Shown here: one piece after another, positions 54,710-64,000 of the stretch
How positions within the stretch are numbered: the first letter of the stretch is position 1
Layout: each line of letters opens with the position of its first letter
NCBI GenBank assembly: GCA_938074535.1
Contig: CALJER010000003.1
Location: 28,626-92,625, forward strand
Length of the DNA: 64,000 bases
Direction: 5' to 3'
Origin: an uncultured archaeon
GTDB lineage: Archaea; Hadarchaeota; Hadarchaeia; Hadarchaeales; WYZ-LMO6
Translations under genes and position numbers: made by a program
Notes under the pieces: model-generated
Told to the model about the DNA's origin: nothing
The model's database searches: none
What the model saw: the letters and a program-made list of their open reading frames with translations, nothing else

Positions 54710-55927
54710 TCAGCAGATCCCCATTTTTCCCTCGGCCAGAGCCCGGCAGAAGTCCGAGATGTGTTCGAGCGCCCAGTCCATCCTCTCGGCGATCTCTCCC
54801 CTCACCTCCTCCATCCTGGTTCCCTCCTCCAGCAGCACCCTGGCAAGCGCCACCGAGGGCTGGTCTATGGGTCTTCCTATCTGGCTCACCAGCCAGACGT
54901 AGACCTCGGAGAGGCCCGGCACCTCCTCGTGGATCTTCCTGGCCACGGCGTGGGTGAGGAGGCTGTAGATCTTGCCCACGTGGCTCACGGGGTTCTTCCC
55001 CGCCGCCGCCTCCGAGCCCATCGGCCTGGTGAGGGGTATCACCCCGTTGGAGCGGTTCCCTCTCCCCACCTGCCCCGAGTCGGCCCCGTCGGCGCTCGTT
55101 CCCAGCACCGTGAGGTAGACCCCTCCTTCCCCCCTTCCGCGCATGTCCAGCGTGTTCAGGTCCACCCTCACCCCCCTGAAGTCGAACCTTTCTTTCACGA
55201 AGCGCTCCAGCTCCTCCAGGATTTCCGCCTTCCTCCTGAAGTAGTCGTCCTCGTCCCTGACGAATCTGTCCACGAAGGCCATCCCCACGGTGAGGTGCAC
55301 CTCTTCCTTCCTCCTTATTCCCATCACCTTCACGTCTTCCCCCGATTCGGGGAAGGCCTTCTTGAAGGAGGGGGAGTTGGCGTATCCCTCCACCTCAAGC
55401 ACCAGCCTCTCAAGCCTGGAAAGGGGGGCATAGCCCACGGCGGCGGAGGTGTCGTTCGCCCCCATCACCCTGCTTTCCCTCTTGAAAATATCGGTGAGGG
55501 AAGCCGAACCAGGCCTGATCTCCACTTGGTACTTCACGTGCCTGTCGGGCGAGACGAACCGCATGTTCTGGGAGAACCATTCCCTGGCCGTCCTCACCGC
55601 TATTTCCCCCACGGGTATCTCCTCCCCGTCCACCTTCGAGGTGGCCCTGTCCCCGAAGACCAGCAGCATGGGCCTCTTCACCTCACCTCCCCCGAACTTC
55701 GTCTCCACTTCCCCGGCCACCAGCAGGGACTTGTCCACATTGAAATGCAGGGTCTCCCCCACCCTCTTCCTGTACTCCCTGTCGAGCGCCACCGCCACCC
55801 GGTCAAAGATGAGGTCGCAGATGGTGTCGGGATGCCCGAGTCCCTTCCTCTCCACTATCTCCAGCCCCTGCTTCTCCACCGGGGTTTGGTTGAGCTCCTC
55901 CACGATCACTTCACGTGCCAAGTGCAC
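54710..55927 (-). CDS. mat: S-adenosylmethionine synthetase, archaeal type (start may be TTG 55921)
   Basis: ERKGLGHPDTICD, ANDTS, GEDVKVM, DSGQVGRGNR and GKNPVSHVGKIY. Confidence 0.95.
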   Translation of the reverse strand: MHLAREVIVEELNQTPVEKQGLEIVERKGLGHPDTICDLIFDRVAVALDREYRKRVGETLHFNVDKSLLVAGEVETKFGGGEVKRPMLLVFGDRATSKVDGEEIPVGEIAVRTAREWFSQNMRFVSPDRHVKYQVEIRPGSASLTDIFKRESRVMGANDTSAAVGYAPLSRLERLVLEVEGYANSPSFKKAFPESGEDVKVMGIRRKEEVHLTVGMAFVDRFVRDEDDYFRRKAEILEELERFVKERFDFRGVRVDLNTLDMRGRGEGGVYLTVLGTSADGADSGQVGRGNRSNGVIPLTRPMGSEAAAGKNPVSHVGKIYSLLTHAVARKIHEEVPGLSEVYVWLVSQIGRPIDQPSVALARVLLEEGTRMEEVRGEIAERMDWALEHISDFCRALAEGKMGIC

Positions 55928-56010
55928 CGCTGAAGTAGGTATTTCTTCGGTTCTTAAAGCTTTGCCGCATGCCCGATAGGATTAATTCCCCGGCGGCAGG
56001 GGGTTAAGGG

Positions 56011-56727
56011 ATGGCGGCGGAACAGCTGAGGGAGAGAATAGCCAGGCAGATAGCCGGGGACATCACCCTCTCCGAGAGGCCCGACGAGGCCCTGAAGAGG
56101 TGGAGGGAAGTCTTCAACCTGAGCCAGAAGACCCTTGCGGAGGCCCTGGGCATCTCCCCCTCCCAGATAAGCGACTACGAGAGCGGCAGGAGGAAGTCGC
56201 CCGGAGTTTCCACGGTGAAGAAGATCGTGGAGACCCTCATGAGGCTGGACGAGGAGAGAGGGGGCAAGACGCTCTCCGCCCTGCGCAGGGTCCTCAGCGT
56301 GCACCTGCCCTCCGACGTGATCCTGGGGCTCAAGGAGTTCAGGAGACCGGTGGACGGGAGGGTTCTGAGCAGGGCGGTGAGGGGAAGGGCCGTGGCCAAT
56401 CCTCAGCTTCTCTCCAGGAGCCTCTTCGGCTTCACCGTCATAGACAGCTACAAGGCTGTCCTGAAGCTCTCGGCTGAGGAGTTCAGGCAGCTTTACGGCC
56501 TCACTTCCGAGAGGGCCCTGGTCTTCACGGGGGTGACCACGGGGAGGACCCCCATGGTGGCCATCAAGGTGATAGGCATCACCCCGGGGATGGTGGTGCT
56601 GCACGGCGCTCTGAGGAGGGTGGATCCTCTTGGTGTTAAGCTCGCGCAGGAGCTGAGGGTCCCTCTCGTCCGTTCGGAACTCCCCTCCGTGGAGGAGCTC
56701 CTCCTCAGGCTGAACGAGCTGGGATGA
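56011..56727 (+). CDS. XRE-family HTH regulator of the HMG-CoA synthase cluster
   Basis: [27 protein letters not shown], and [13 protein letters not shown]. Confidence 0.85.
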   Translation: MAAEQLRERIARQIAGDITLSERPDEALKRWREVFNLSQKTLAEALGISPSQISDYESGRRKSPGVSTVKKIVETLMRLDEERGGKTLSALRRVLSVHLPSDVILGLKEFRRPVDGRVLSRAVRGRAVANPQLLSRSLFGFTVIDSYKAVLKLSAEEFRQLYGLTSERALVFTGVTTGRTPMVAIKVIGITPGMVVLHGALRRVDPLGVKLAQELRVPLVRSELPSVEELLLRLNELG

Positions 56728-56800
56728 GGTCCGGAGCCACCGCGCCGGCGGGCCTCCAGATAGCTTTAATTGGGAGCTGGAGTTGGGAAAGTTGAGGTCG

Positions 56801-57847
56801 ATGGAAGTGGGAATAGTGGGCTACGGTGCCTACATCCCGAGATACCGGCTCAGGGTGGAGGAGATCGCCAGGATGTGGGGAGCCGACCCCCAGCAGACGA
56901 AGAGGAGTTTCGGGGTGGAGGAGAAGGCCGTGGCGGGGCCAGACGAGGACACGGTGACCATCTCCGTGGAGGCGGCCAAGAACGCGCTCAGGAGGGGAGG
57001 GGTGGATCCCTCTCTGGTGGGGGCGGTCTACGTGGGTTCCGAGTCCCACCCCTATGCGGTGAAGCCCACGGCCACCATCGTGGCGGAGGCGGTGGGAGCC
57101 ACTCCGGAGATGACCGCCGCAGACTTTGAGTTCGCCTGCAAAGCCGGAACGGCGGGGATACAGGCCTGCATGGGCATGGTGGAGGCCGGGATGATAAAGT
57201 ACGGTATGGCGATAGGGGCGGACACCGCCCAGAGCAGTCCCGGCGATCCCCTGGAGTATGCCGCGGCGGCGGGTGGGGCAGCCTTTCTGGTGGGGAAGCT
57301 CGACAGGGAAGCCGTGGCGTCCATCGAGGCCACCTACTCCTACACCACGGACACGCCCGACTTCTGGAGGAGGGAAATGAGGCCCTATCCAAGGCACGGG
57401 GGGAGGTTCACGGGCAGGCCGGGCTACTTCAAGCATACCCTCTCCGCCGCCCAGGGACTGATGAGGAAGCTCGGTCTCACCCCCAGGGACTTCGACCACG
57501 CGGTCTTCCACCAGCCCAACGGCAGGTTTCCGGTGGAGGTGGCCAGCGAGCTCGGGTTCTCCATGAGCCAGATACGCGCAGGCCTCCTCTCCCCCAAGAT
57601 AGGGAACACCTACTCGGGGGCAGCCATGCTGGGCCTGGCCGCCATCCTGGACGGGGCGAAGGAGGGCGAGAGGATCCTGGCGGTCTCCTACGGTTCCGGG
57701 GCGGGGAGCGACGCCTTCAGCCTGATCGTGAGGGAGGGAATAGAGAGAAAGAGGGACCTGGCGCCGAAGGTCTCAGACTATCTGGAGGACAAGGTGTACA
57801 TAGACTACGCCACCTACTGCAAGTTCACGAGGAAGCTGGTGAGGTGA
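56801..57847 (+). CDS. Hydroxymethylglutaryl-CoA synthase
   Basis: [31 protein letters not shown] and SYGSGAGSD. Confidence 0.95.
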   Translation: MEVGIVGYGAYIPRYRLRVEEIARMWGADPQQTKRSFGVEEKAVAGPDEDTVTISVEAAKNALRRGGVDPSLVGAVYVGSESHPYAVKPTATIVAEAVGATPEMTAADFEFACKAGTAGIQACMGMVEAGMIKYGMAIGADTAQSSPGDPLEYAAAAGGAAFLVGKLDREAVASIEATYSYTTDTPDFWRREMRPYPRHGGRFTGRPGYFKHTLSAAQGLMRKLGLTPRDFDHAVFHQPNGRFPVEVASELGFSMSQIRAGLLSPKIGNTYSGAAMLGLAAILDGAKEGERILAVSYGSGAGSDAFSLIVREGIERKRDLAPKVSDYLEDKVYIDYATYCKFTRKLVR

Positions 57848-59008
57848 ATGAGGAAAGTAGCCGTGGTGGGAGGGGGTCAGACCAAGTTCGGGGAGCTCTG
57901 GGACACCTCCTTCAGGCAGATGATCATAGAGGCCGGGACCAGGGCGCTGGAGGATGCTGGGATCTCGGGGGAGGAGATAGATGCCATGTACGTGGGAAAC
58001 ATGTCCTCGGGGCAGTTCATCCAGCAGGAGCACATCGCCTCCCTCATAGCCGATCACTCAGGATTGGCCCCCGTTCCCTGCACCAGAGTGGAGGCGGCTT
58101 GCGCCTCGGGAGGACTGGCCCTCCGGGAGGCCATGGTGGCGGTGGCCTCGGGGATCCACGACGTGGTGGTGGCGGCAGGAATAGAGAAAATGACGGACGT
58201 GATCACCGAGGTCGGGCAGGAGGCCCTGGCCACGGTTTCCGACCAGGAGTGGGAGGCCTTCGTGGGAGCCACCTTCCCCTCCTTCTTCGCCCTGATGGCC
58301 AGGAGGCACATGCACGAGTTCGGGACCACGGAGGAGCAGATGGCGCTGGTGGCGGTGAAGAACCACCACAACGCCTGCCTCAACGCCTACGCCCAGCACC
58401 ATGTGGAGCTCACGGTGGAGAGGGTCCTCCAGTCTCCTCTCGTGTCCTCCCCCCTGAAGATGCTGGAGTGCGCCTCCCTCACGGATGGGGCCGCCTGCCT
58501 GGTGCTGGTTCCCCTGGAGGAAGCCAGGAAGTACACCGACACCCCGGTGGAGATAGCGGGGAGCGGACAGGCCAGCGATACCATCGCGCTGGCGGACAGG
58601 GAGTCGCTGGTGGGGCTGAGGGCCACCCGCGAGGCCGCCCGGAAGGCCTATCGCATGGCGAGGATAGAACCCAAGCAGGTGGATGTGGCGGAGGTCCACG
58701 ACAGCACCACCATCTCTGAGCTCATGGCCCTGGAGGACCTGGGCTTCTGCAGGAAGGGGGAGGGCGGTAAGATCACGGAGGAGGGATTGACGGCCATAGA
58801 TGGCACCCTGCCCGTAAACCCCAGCGGGGGGCTGGAGGGTAGGGGGCACCCGATAGGGGCCACGGGCATAGCCCAGGCCCTGGAGATCGTGCTCCAGCTC
58901 AGGGGTGAGGCGGGGAAGAGGCAGGTGAGGAAGGCGGAGGTGGGGCTGACCCACAACGTGGGGGGGAGCGGGGGGACGGCCGTGGTGCACCTCTTCAGGA
59001 GGAGGTAG
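57848..59008 (+). CDS. Acetoacetyl-CoA thiolase
   Basis: EAACASG, EKM, KNH, DGAA, EVHD and GHPIGATG. Confidence 0.93.
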   Translation: MRKVAVVGGGQTKFGELWDTSFRQMIIEAGTRALEDAGISGEEIDAMYVGNMSSGQFIQQEHIASLIADHSGLAPVPCTRVEAACASGGLALREAMVAVASGIHDVVVAAGIEKMTDVITEVGQEALATVSDQEWEAFVGATFPSFFALMARRHMHEFGTTEEQMALVAVKNHHNACLNAYAQHHVELTVERVLQSPLVSSPLKMLECASLTDGAACLVLVPLEEARKYTDTPVEIAGSGQASDTIALADRESLVGLRATREAARKAYRMARIEPKQVDVAEVHDSTTISELMALEDLGFCRKGEGGKITEEGLTAIDGTLPVNPSGGLEGRGHPIGATGIAQALEIVLQLRGEAGKRQVRKAEVGLTHNVGGSGGTAVVHLFRRR

Positions 59009-59009
59009 G

Positions 59010-59426
59010 ATGCACGTTCCCAGGTTCTGGAGGGAGATACCCAACCGGTACACCCTGGTGGGGACCAGGTGCGGCCACTGCAACAAGGTCTTCTTCCCCC
59101 CCAGGGCCATCTGCCCGAGGTGCCGGAGGGTGGGGCAGCTCGAGCCCTTCAGGCTGAGCGGGAGGGGGAGGATCCACTCCTTCACCACCGTGTACTCCGG
59201 TCCCAGGGACTTCAAGGACCAGCTCCCCTATGTTTTGGCCATCGTCGAGCTGGAGGAGGGGCCCAGGGTGATGGCACAGGTGACGGACTGCAACGGGGAG
59301 GAGGTGAAGATAGGGGACGAGGTGGAGATGGTCTTCAGGAGGATCAAGGAGGAGGGGGAGGAGGGGATCATTCACTACGGGTTCAAGGCCAGGCTGGTGA
59401 GGAAGGCCGGTGCCGGGGGTTCCTAG
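59010..59426 (+). CDS. DUF35 Zn-ribbon/OB-fold scaffold protein
   Basis: CGHC..FPPR..CPRC and YGFK; third gene of the HMGCS-thiolase cluster. Confidence 0.92.
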   Translation: MHVPRFWREIPNRYTLVGTRCGHCNKVFFPPRAICPRCRRVGQLEPFRLSGRGRIHSFTTVYSGPRDFKDQLPYVLAIVELEEGPRVMAQVTDCNGEEVKIGDEVEMVFRRIKEEGEEGIIHYGFKARLVRKAGAGGS

Positions 59427-60178
59427 ATCCTCCTGGCCAGGGTGAGGTAGCTGGTGTGCGCCAGCATCCTGGTGCTCGGCCTGGTGCACCCCTCTTTGAC
59501 CTCCCACTCCCTGACCAGACACTCCAGCGTTTTGAGCTCCGCGAACCTGCCCTTCCTCAGCTGGGGGTAGAGGCGCTGGAGCTGCTCCACCGAGGGGGTG
59601 AACACGGCCAGGTATCCTCCGGGCTTCAGGGCCTCCTCCGCGTGGGGCACCACCTCCTCCGGGGAGGGGAGGTCGAGGGTCACCAGGTCCACCCCCCTCT
59701 CCTCTATTCCCTCCCTCATGTCCTTCAGCTTCACCTCCACCGTTCCCTCCAGTCCCGCCAGCCTCACGTTCTCCCTGGCTACCTCCGCGAAGTCCTCCCT
59801 CACCTCGTAGCTCACCACTTTTCCGTTGGGCCTCACCAGGTTCCCCAGGAAGAGGGCCAGGGCCCCGGAGCCCGCCCCCCCATCCACCACCAGGTCCCCT
59901 GGTCCCACCCCCGTGTGGGCCACCACCTGTGCGGCGTCCTTGGGGAGGACCACCTGGGGGAGGCGGCGCATCTTCTGAAGGAGGTCGGCCATCCTGGGCT
60001 TCAGCACCACGAACTCCCTTCCCGTGTGGCTCCTGACCCTCCCCCCGAAAGGCACCCCGAGCAGGTCGGCCAGGTTGAGGAGGCCCAGGTGGGTGTGGAG
60101 CAGCCTCCTCTCCGCCCTCACCAGGTACTTCCTTCCCCTTTCGTCCAGCAGGACTGCCCTCTCTCCCTCCTCCACCAC
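59423..60178 (-). CDS. trmI: tRNA (adenine-N1)-methyltransferase
   Basis: PQVVLPKD, GAGSGAL, YEVREDF, LDLPSP and HTSYL. Start approximate. Confidence 0.92.
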   Translation of the reverse strand: MVEEGERAVLLDERGRKYLVRAERRLLHTHLGLLNLADLLGVPFGGRVRSHTGREFVVLKPRMADLLQKMRRLPQVVLPKDAAQVVAHTGVGPGDLVVDGGAGSGALALFLGNLVRPNGKVVSYEVREDFAEVARENVRLAGLEGTVEVKLKDMREGIEERGVDLVTLDLPSPEEVVPHAEEALKPGGYLAVFTPSVEQLQRLYPQLRKGRFAELKTLECLVREWEVKEGCTRPSTRMLAHTSYLTLARRI

Positions 60179-60254
60179 GGGGTTAGATGGGAGGGAGGAT
60201 ATTTTATCCCGATGGAGGCTTTTTAAGAAACCCGGGGGAAGGAGGCGGAGAAAC

Positions 60255-61139
60255 ATGAGACTGGACCCCACCTACCACCTGCACCGCTGGAGCACGCGGA
60301 GGATGCTGCTCCCCCCGCTCCTTCTGGCGCTCTTCTTCCTCTGCTGTATCCTGGTGCGCGGGATTCCCCTCAGCAGGGACTTCAGCGGCGGCACCCTCAT
60401 CCAGGTGAGGGGGATGGAGAGCCACCCCACCCTGGGGGAGGCGAAGAGGCTGGTGGAGGGGCTGCTGGGGGGGAAGGTCGAGGTGAGGCTCACCTCCTAC
60501 GGGGGTCTCTACGGGCTGGACGCGGAGGCCGACAACATGGACCTCCCCCAGGAGGTCAGGGAGAACCTGAGGTCCTCCCTGGCGGAGGAGCTCGGGGTGA
60601 GCGAGAACCAGGTGGCGGTTTACAACATGGGCTCCATCCTCACCAGCCTCTCCAAGAGGCAGGCCAGGAACGCCCTGATGGTGGCTCCCGTGCTGATGGC
60701 CATCGTGATCCTCCTGAACTTCAAGAGCCTCAGGGCCAGCGGGAGCATCCTGGGTTCCGTGTGGCTGAACGTTTTCGACGCCCTGGGCTGCATGTCCCTG
60801 GCAGGGGTGGAGCTGAGCACAGGCTCGATGGCGGGCCTCCTCATGCTGCTGGGGTACTCCGACGATACCAACACGCTGCTGATCACGGCCGTGGAGAAGG
60901 GTGTGGGGGGAAAACCGAGGGAGAGGGCGGCGGAGGCCATGAGGACGGGCCTGCTGGTGAACGGGACCACCTTCCTAGTGCTCTTCCTCGTGAACCTCTT
61001 CACCACCTCCAAGCTGGTGGATGAGCTGACCTTCCCCCTGCTGACGGGCATGGTCTTCGACGTGGTGAACACCTGGTTCCTGAACGCGGCCGTGGCGCTG
61101 AGCAAGAAGGAGAGGAGGGAGATCCCTGTCGCTCTTTAG
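60255..61139 (+). CDS. secF: Protein translocase subunit SecF
   Basis: DFSGGT, LMLLGYS.D, and TWFLNA; followed by secD. Confidence 0.88.
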   Translation: MRLDPTYHLHRWSTRRMLLPPLLLALFFLCCILVRGIPLSRDFSGGTLIQVRGMESHPTLGEAKRLVEGLLGGKVEVRLTSYGGLYGLDAEADNMDLPQEVRENLRSSLAEELGVSENQVAVYNMGSILTSLSKRQARNALMVAPVLMAIVILLNFKSLRASGSILGSVWLNVFDALGCMSLAGVELSTGSMAGLLMLLGYSDDTNTLLITAVEKGVGGKPRERAAEAMRTGLLVNGTTFLVLFLVNLFTTSKLVDELTFPLLTGMVFDVVNTWFLNAAVALSKKERREIPVAL

Positions 61140-61158
61140 GGAGAGGTACTTCCTGCTC

Positions 61159-62988
61159 GTGCTGCTGGTGGCCCTCCTTTCGGTGGCATCCGTGTGGAGG
61201 CCCTGGGTGGAGGTGGACGAGAGGACCAGGGGCACGCTGGGGTGGGTGAGCGAGTTCACCAGGGGTCTGGACTTCGGGGTGGACATCGTGGGGGGCTCCA
61301 GGGTGCTCCTCTCCCTTCAGGCCTCCCATTTGGTCTTTCGGTTCAACCCCTCGGACCTTCCAGCGGCCTACGAGGAGGTGGTGAGGATCCTGGAGAACGG
61401 GCTCCAGACCAGGGTCCTCCCCGTGGATGAGAGGGGAGAGGCCATCAGGGAGGGTCTGCCCTACGACCGCTACACGGGCATTGCCAGGCTGGAGGTGGGC
61501 TTGAGGGCCACGGAGGGCCTGCTCAACCTGGTGGAGAACCTGGTGGGAGGAAGGGCCACCCTGCTGAGGGAGAACGTCGCGAATGCCGTGTGCAGCCAGA
61601 CCAGGAATGAGGTGATAGAGATTCTGAAGAACAGGGTGGACCCGCTGGGGACTAGGGGCGCGGTGCTTAAGGCGCTGGGGGGAAACCTCGTGCTCTACGA
61701 GGTACCCGGCCTCGAGCCCAGGGAGGCGGAGCTGCTGCTGGGGAAGCAGGGCAGGCTGGAGATATGGCTGGAGAACGAGGTCCTCCTCTACGGGGAGCAC
61801 ATCCTCAGGGTGGATCCTCCGAGGGCCAGCCTGCAGGAGAGAAATGCGGCGGAGCTTCCCTTCAGGCTTACGGATGAGGGGGCCGGGAGGTTCAGGGAGG
61901 GCGCGGCCGGGAAGGCCAACTACCCCACGGTGGTGTACGTGGACCGCCCGACCGACGCCGTGCTGCTGGTTCAGGAGGAGCTCCTCTCCGGACTCCCCGT
62001 GCTGGAGTACGAGGACTACTCTCACATGTTCAGGGCGAGGGGCTTCCCGGAGGAGGGAGGGGGGTACTACCTGCAGGTGCCGGCGGCGGTGACTCCGGGC
62101 AGCACCCTCTCGGTGGAGGCCCTCTCCTTCCTGGAGGAGATGAGTTCCACCAGGTTCAGGCTCCTGCTGGTGGGGGAGTTCTCGGAGGAGGTGGTGGAGG
62201 GGCTTCCCCCCTCATACTCCCTGGAAAACGTGCCTAGACCCGGAGAGGGGACGGAGGCCTGGATAAGGGAGGCCTGCGGATGCAAGAGCGTGATCACCAT
62301 CAGCCCCTCTCTGGCGCAGGAGCTCCTGCTGGGCAGGACGGTGAGGGACCTGGTGATCACCGTGAGCAGGACCTCGGGGGAGGAGGCGATGAAGGAGGCG
62401 AGGACCCTCAGGACCATCCTGAGCCAGCGTCTTCCGGTGGGGGTCTCCGTGGAGGGTGAGACGGTGCTGGAGGCCAGGCTGGGGTCCACCTTCCTCAAGC
62501 AGCTCCTCTGGGCCGGACTCTTCTCCTTCCTGGGGGTGGGGGCGCTGGTTTTCCTCAGGTACAGGAGGCCCAGGATCACCCTTGCGGTGATGGGAACCAT
62601 GATCCTGGAGCTGGTGATCACGCTGGGCGTGGTCTCCCTTCTCCCCTACAGCCTGAACCTGGCCGAGCTGGCAGGGGTGGTCCTGGTGATAGGTACGGGG
62701 GTGGATGCGCAGATCATCATCACGGAGGAGGTCATGAGGGGAGGGGTGAGGGAGGTGAGGGCGCCTGGAGGGCTGAGGGACAGGATCAGGAGGGCCTTCA
62801 GGGTGATATGGGGTTCCTCCTTCACCACCCTCGTGGCCATGCTCTCCCTCGCCACGCTGGGTTTCGGGGAGATGAGGGGCTTCGCCCTCATCACCATCCT
62901 GGGCATCCTGCTCTCCGTGCTCCTCACCCGGCCCCTTTATGCCAGGATGGTGAACGCTATACTGGGCAAGGGGGAGGTGGGAGGATGA
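61159..62988 (+). CDS. secD: Protein translocase subunit SecD (possible CTG start at 61126)
   Basis: GLDFGVDIVGG, RVDPLG, IGTGVDAQIII, GFALITILG and TRP.Y. Confidence 0.9.
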   Translation: MLLVALLSVASVWRPWVEVDERTRGTLGWVSEFTRGLDFGVDIVGGSRVLLSLQASHLVFRFNPSDLPAAYEEVVRILENGLQTRVLPVDERGEAIREGLPYDRYTGIARLEVGLRATEGLLNLVENLVGGRATLLRENVANAVCSQTRNEVIEILKNRVDPLGTRGAVLKALGGNLVLYEVPGLEPREAELLLGKQGRLEIWLENEVLLYGEHILRVDPPRASLQERNAAELPFRLTDEGAGRFREGAAGKANYPTVVYVDRPTDAVLLVQEELLSGLPVLEYEDYSHMFRARGFPEEGGGYYLQVPAAVTPGSTLSVEALSFLEEMSSTRFRLLLVGEFSEEVVEGLPPSYSLENVPRPGEGTEAWIREACGCKSVITISPSLAQELLLGRTVRDLVITVSRTSGEEAMKEARTLRTILSQRLPVGVSVEGETVLEARLGSTFLKQLLWAGLFSFLGVGALVFLRYRRPRITLAVMGTMILELVITLGVVSLLPYSLNLAELAGVVLVIGTGVDAQIIITEEVMRGGVREVRAPGGLRDRIRRAFRVIWGSSFTTLVAMLSLATLGFGEMRGFALITILGILLSVLLTRPLYARMVNAILGKGEVGG

Positions 62989-63803
62989 TAGGGGTCTGCC
63001 TTTGCGGGGCCTGCGGGAGGATGGGCAGGGTCCTGGTGAGGAAGATCGCGGAGCAGGAGGACATGCGGCTCGTTGCGGCGGTAGAGGCCCGAGGCACCCC
63101 CTTCGCCGGAAAGGACGCCGGGGAGGTGGCGGGAGCGGGAAGGCTGGGGGTGGAGGTGGTGGGGGCGGAGAGGCTGGAGGAGGTCCTGAGGAGGAGCGGG
63201 GCGAGGGTGATGGTGGATTTCACCGTGGCGGAGTCGGCCGTGGCCAACGTGGAGGCGGCCTCCCGGGTGGGGGTTCCCGTGGTGGTGGGGACCACAGGCT
63301 TCTCCCCCGAGCAGCTGGAGAAACTGAGGGAGGCGGTGAGGAGGGGAAACATCCCCGCCGTGGTCTCCCCCAACATGGCGGTGGGAGTGAACATCTTCTT
63401 CAAGGTGGTTTCTGAGCTGGCGAGGAGGCTGGGGAAGGAATATGATGTGGAGGTGGTGGAGATCCACCACAGGGGCAAGCTGGATGCCCCCAGCGGCACC
63501 GCCCTCAGGGCGGCCAGGATCGTGGCTGAGGCCAGGGGCGCGCAGGTGAGGGTGGGGAGGGGGGAGGGCAAGGGGGCGAGAGGGGGGGAGGTGGTGATCC
63601 ACTCCCTCAGGGGAGGCGATGTGGTGGGGGAGCACACGGTGGTCTTCGCCGGACCGGGGGAGAGGATAGAGCTCACCCACAGGGCCCACGGAAGGGAGGC
63701 CTTCGCGGAGGGCGTGCTGAAGGCCGTGAGGTTCGTGGTGGAGAGGGGTAGACCGGGGGAGATCCTGGGGATGGAGGAAGTGCTGGGTCTTAGGGATGCG
63801 TAG
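62985..63803 (+). CDS. dapB: 4-hydroxy-tetrahydrodipicolinate reductase
   Basis: GACGRMG, DFT, GTTG, EIHHRGKLDAPSGTA and GEHTV. Confidence 0.95.
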   Translation: MIGVCLCGACGRMGRVLVRKIAEQEDMRLVAAVEARGTPFAGKDAGEVAGAGRLGVEVVGAERLEEVLRRSGARVMVDFTVAESAVANVEAASRVGVPVVVGTTGFSPEQLEKLREAVRRGNIPAVVSPNMAVGVNIFFKVVSELARRLGKEYDVEVVEIHHRGKLDAPSGTALRAARIVAEARGAQVRVGRGEGKGARGGEVVIHSLRGGDVVGEHTVVFAGPGERIELTHRAHGREAFAEGVLKAVRFVVERGRPGEILGMEEVLGLRDA

Positions 63804-64000
63804 CTGCTGGCTCTGCCGCTGGTTTGAGAGGGAGGGCTACAGGTGCCTTCTGAGGGGAAAGCTGGAGCTGCCCGAGTCCCTCCTGGAGAGGCTTCCACCC
63901 TGCTGTGGCTGGGGCAGAGTTTCCTCCCTCGACCACGTCCTCTTCCTCAGGCTGAGGGAGAGAGCGGAGGGATGCCCTCAGTTTGAGCCCCTCACGCCCG
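63796..64000 (+). CDS. Small Cys-rich protein, truncated by the window end
   Basis: MRSCWLCRWF..YRC..PCCGW..GCPQFEP; overlaps the dapB stop. Confidence 0.45.
   Translation, partial: MRSCWLCRWFEREGYRCLLRGKLELPESLLERLPPCCGWGRVSSLDHVLFLRLRERAEGCPQFEPLTP

Noticed and set aside
56011-59426. HMGCS-thiolase-DUF35 cluster as a novel system
   Set aside because: This is the well-described archaeal mevalonate entry complex.

Overview
This is a GC-rich archaeal chromosome segment. Archaeal markers include Rpo4, aRF1, SRP54, archaeosine TGT, archaeal SAM synthetase, aTrm56, class I CCA enzyme, L21e/L40e/S26e and a type A RNase P RNA. SecD/SecF and DUF2116 suggest a euryarchaeal-type lineage, possibly Hadarchaeota-like (inference only). 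Most of the window is housekeeping: translation and tRNA modification, acs, acyl-CoA dehydrogenase, a 2-oxoacid:ferredoxin oxidoreductase operon, pckG, the HMG-CoA synthase/thiolase/DUF35 cluster, secFD and dapB. The notable parts are: (1) a tRNA-His gene with a 22-nt T-loop intron (59/60) in a strict bulge-helix-bulge; (2) a secreted ~970-aa protein with three tandem phage tail-collar/HxH repeats nested inside split beta-sandwich domains, a candidate single-chain pseudo-trimeric metal-binding needle; (3) an AT-richer cluster of three radical SAM enzymes plus a geranylgeranyl-reductase-like flavoprotein, one enzyme carrying CX5CX2C; (4) a ferredoxin delta subunit interrupted by a GltD-like FAD module that lacks its NAD(P)H domain; (5) an unexplained ~180-nt highly structured intergenic RNA candidate; (6) a membrane OB-fold plus DUF112 permease plus type IV pilus-like ATPase/TadC neighbourhood; and (7) a decayed ATPase gene preceded by a tandem palindromic repeat next to tRNA-Leu. 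All calls come from reading motifs by eye; no database searches were run.
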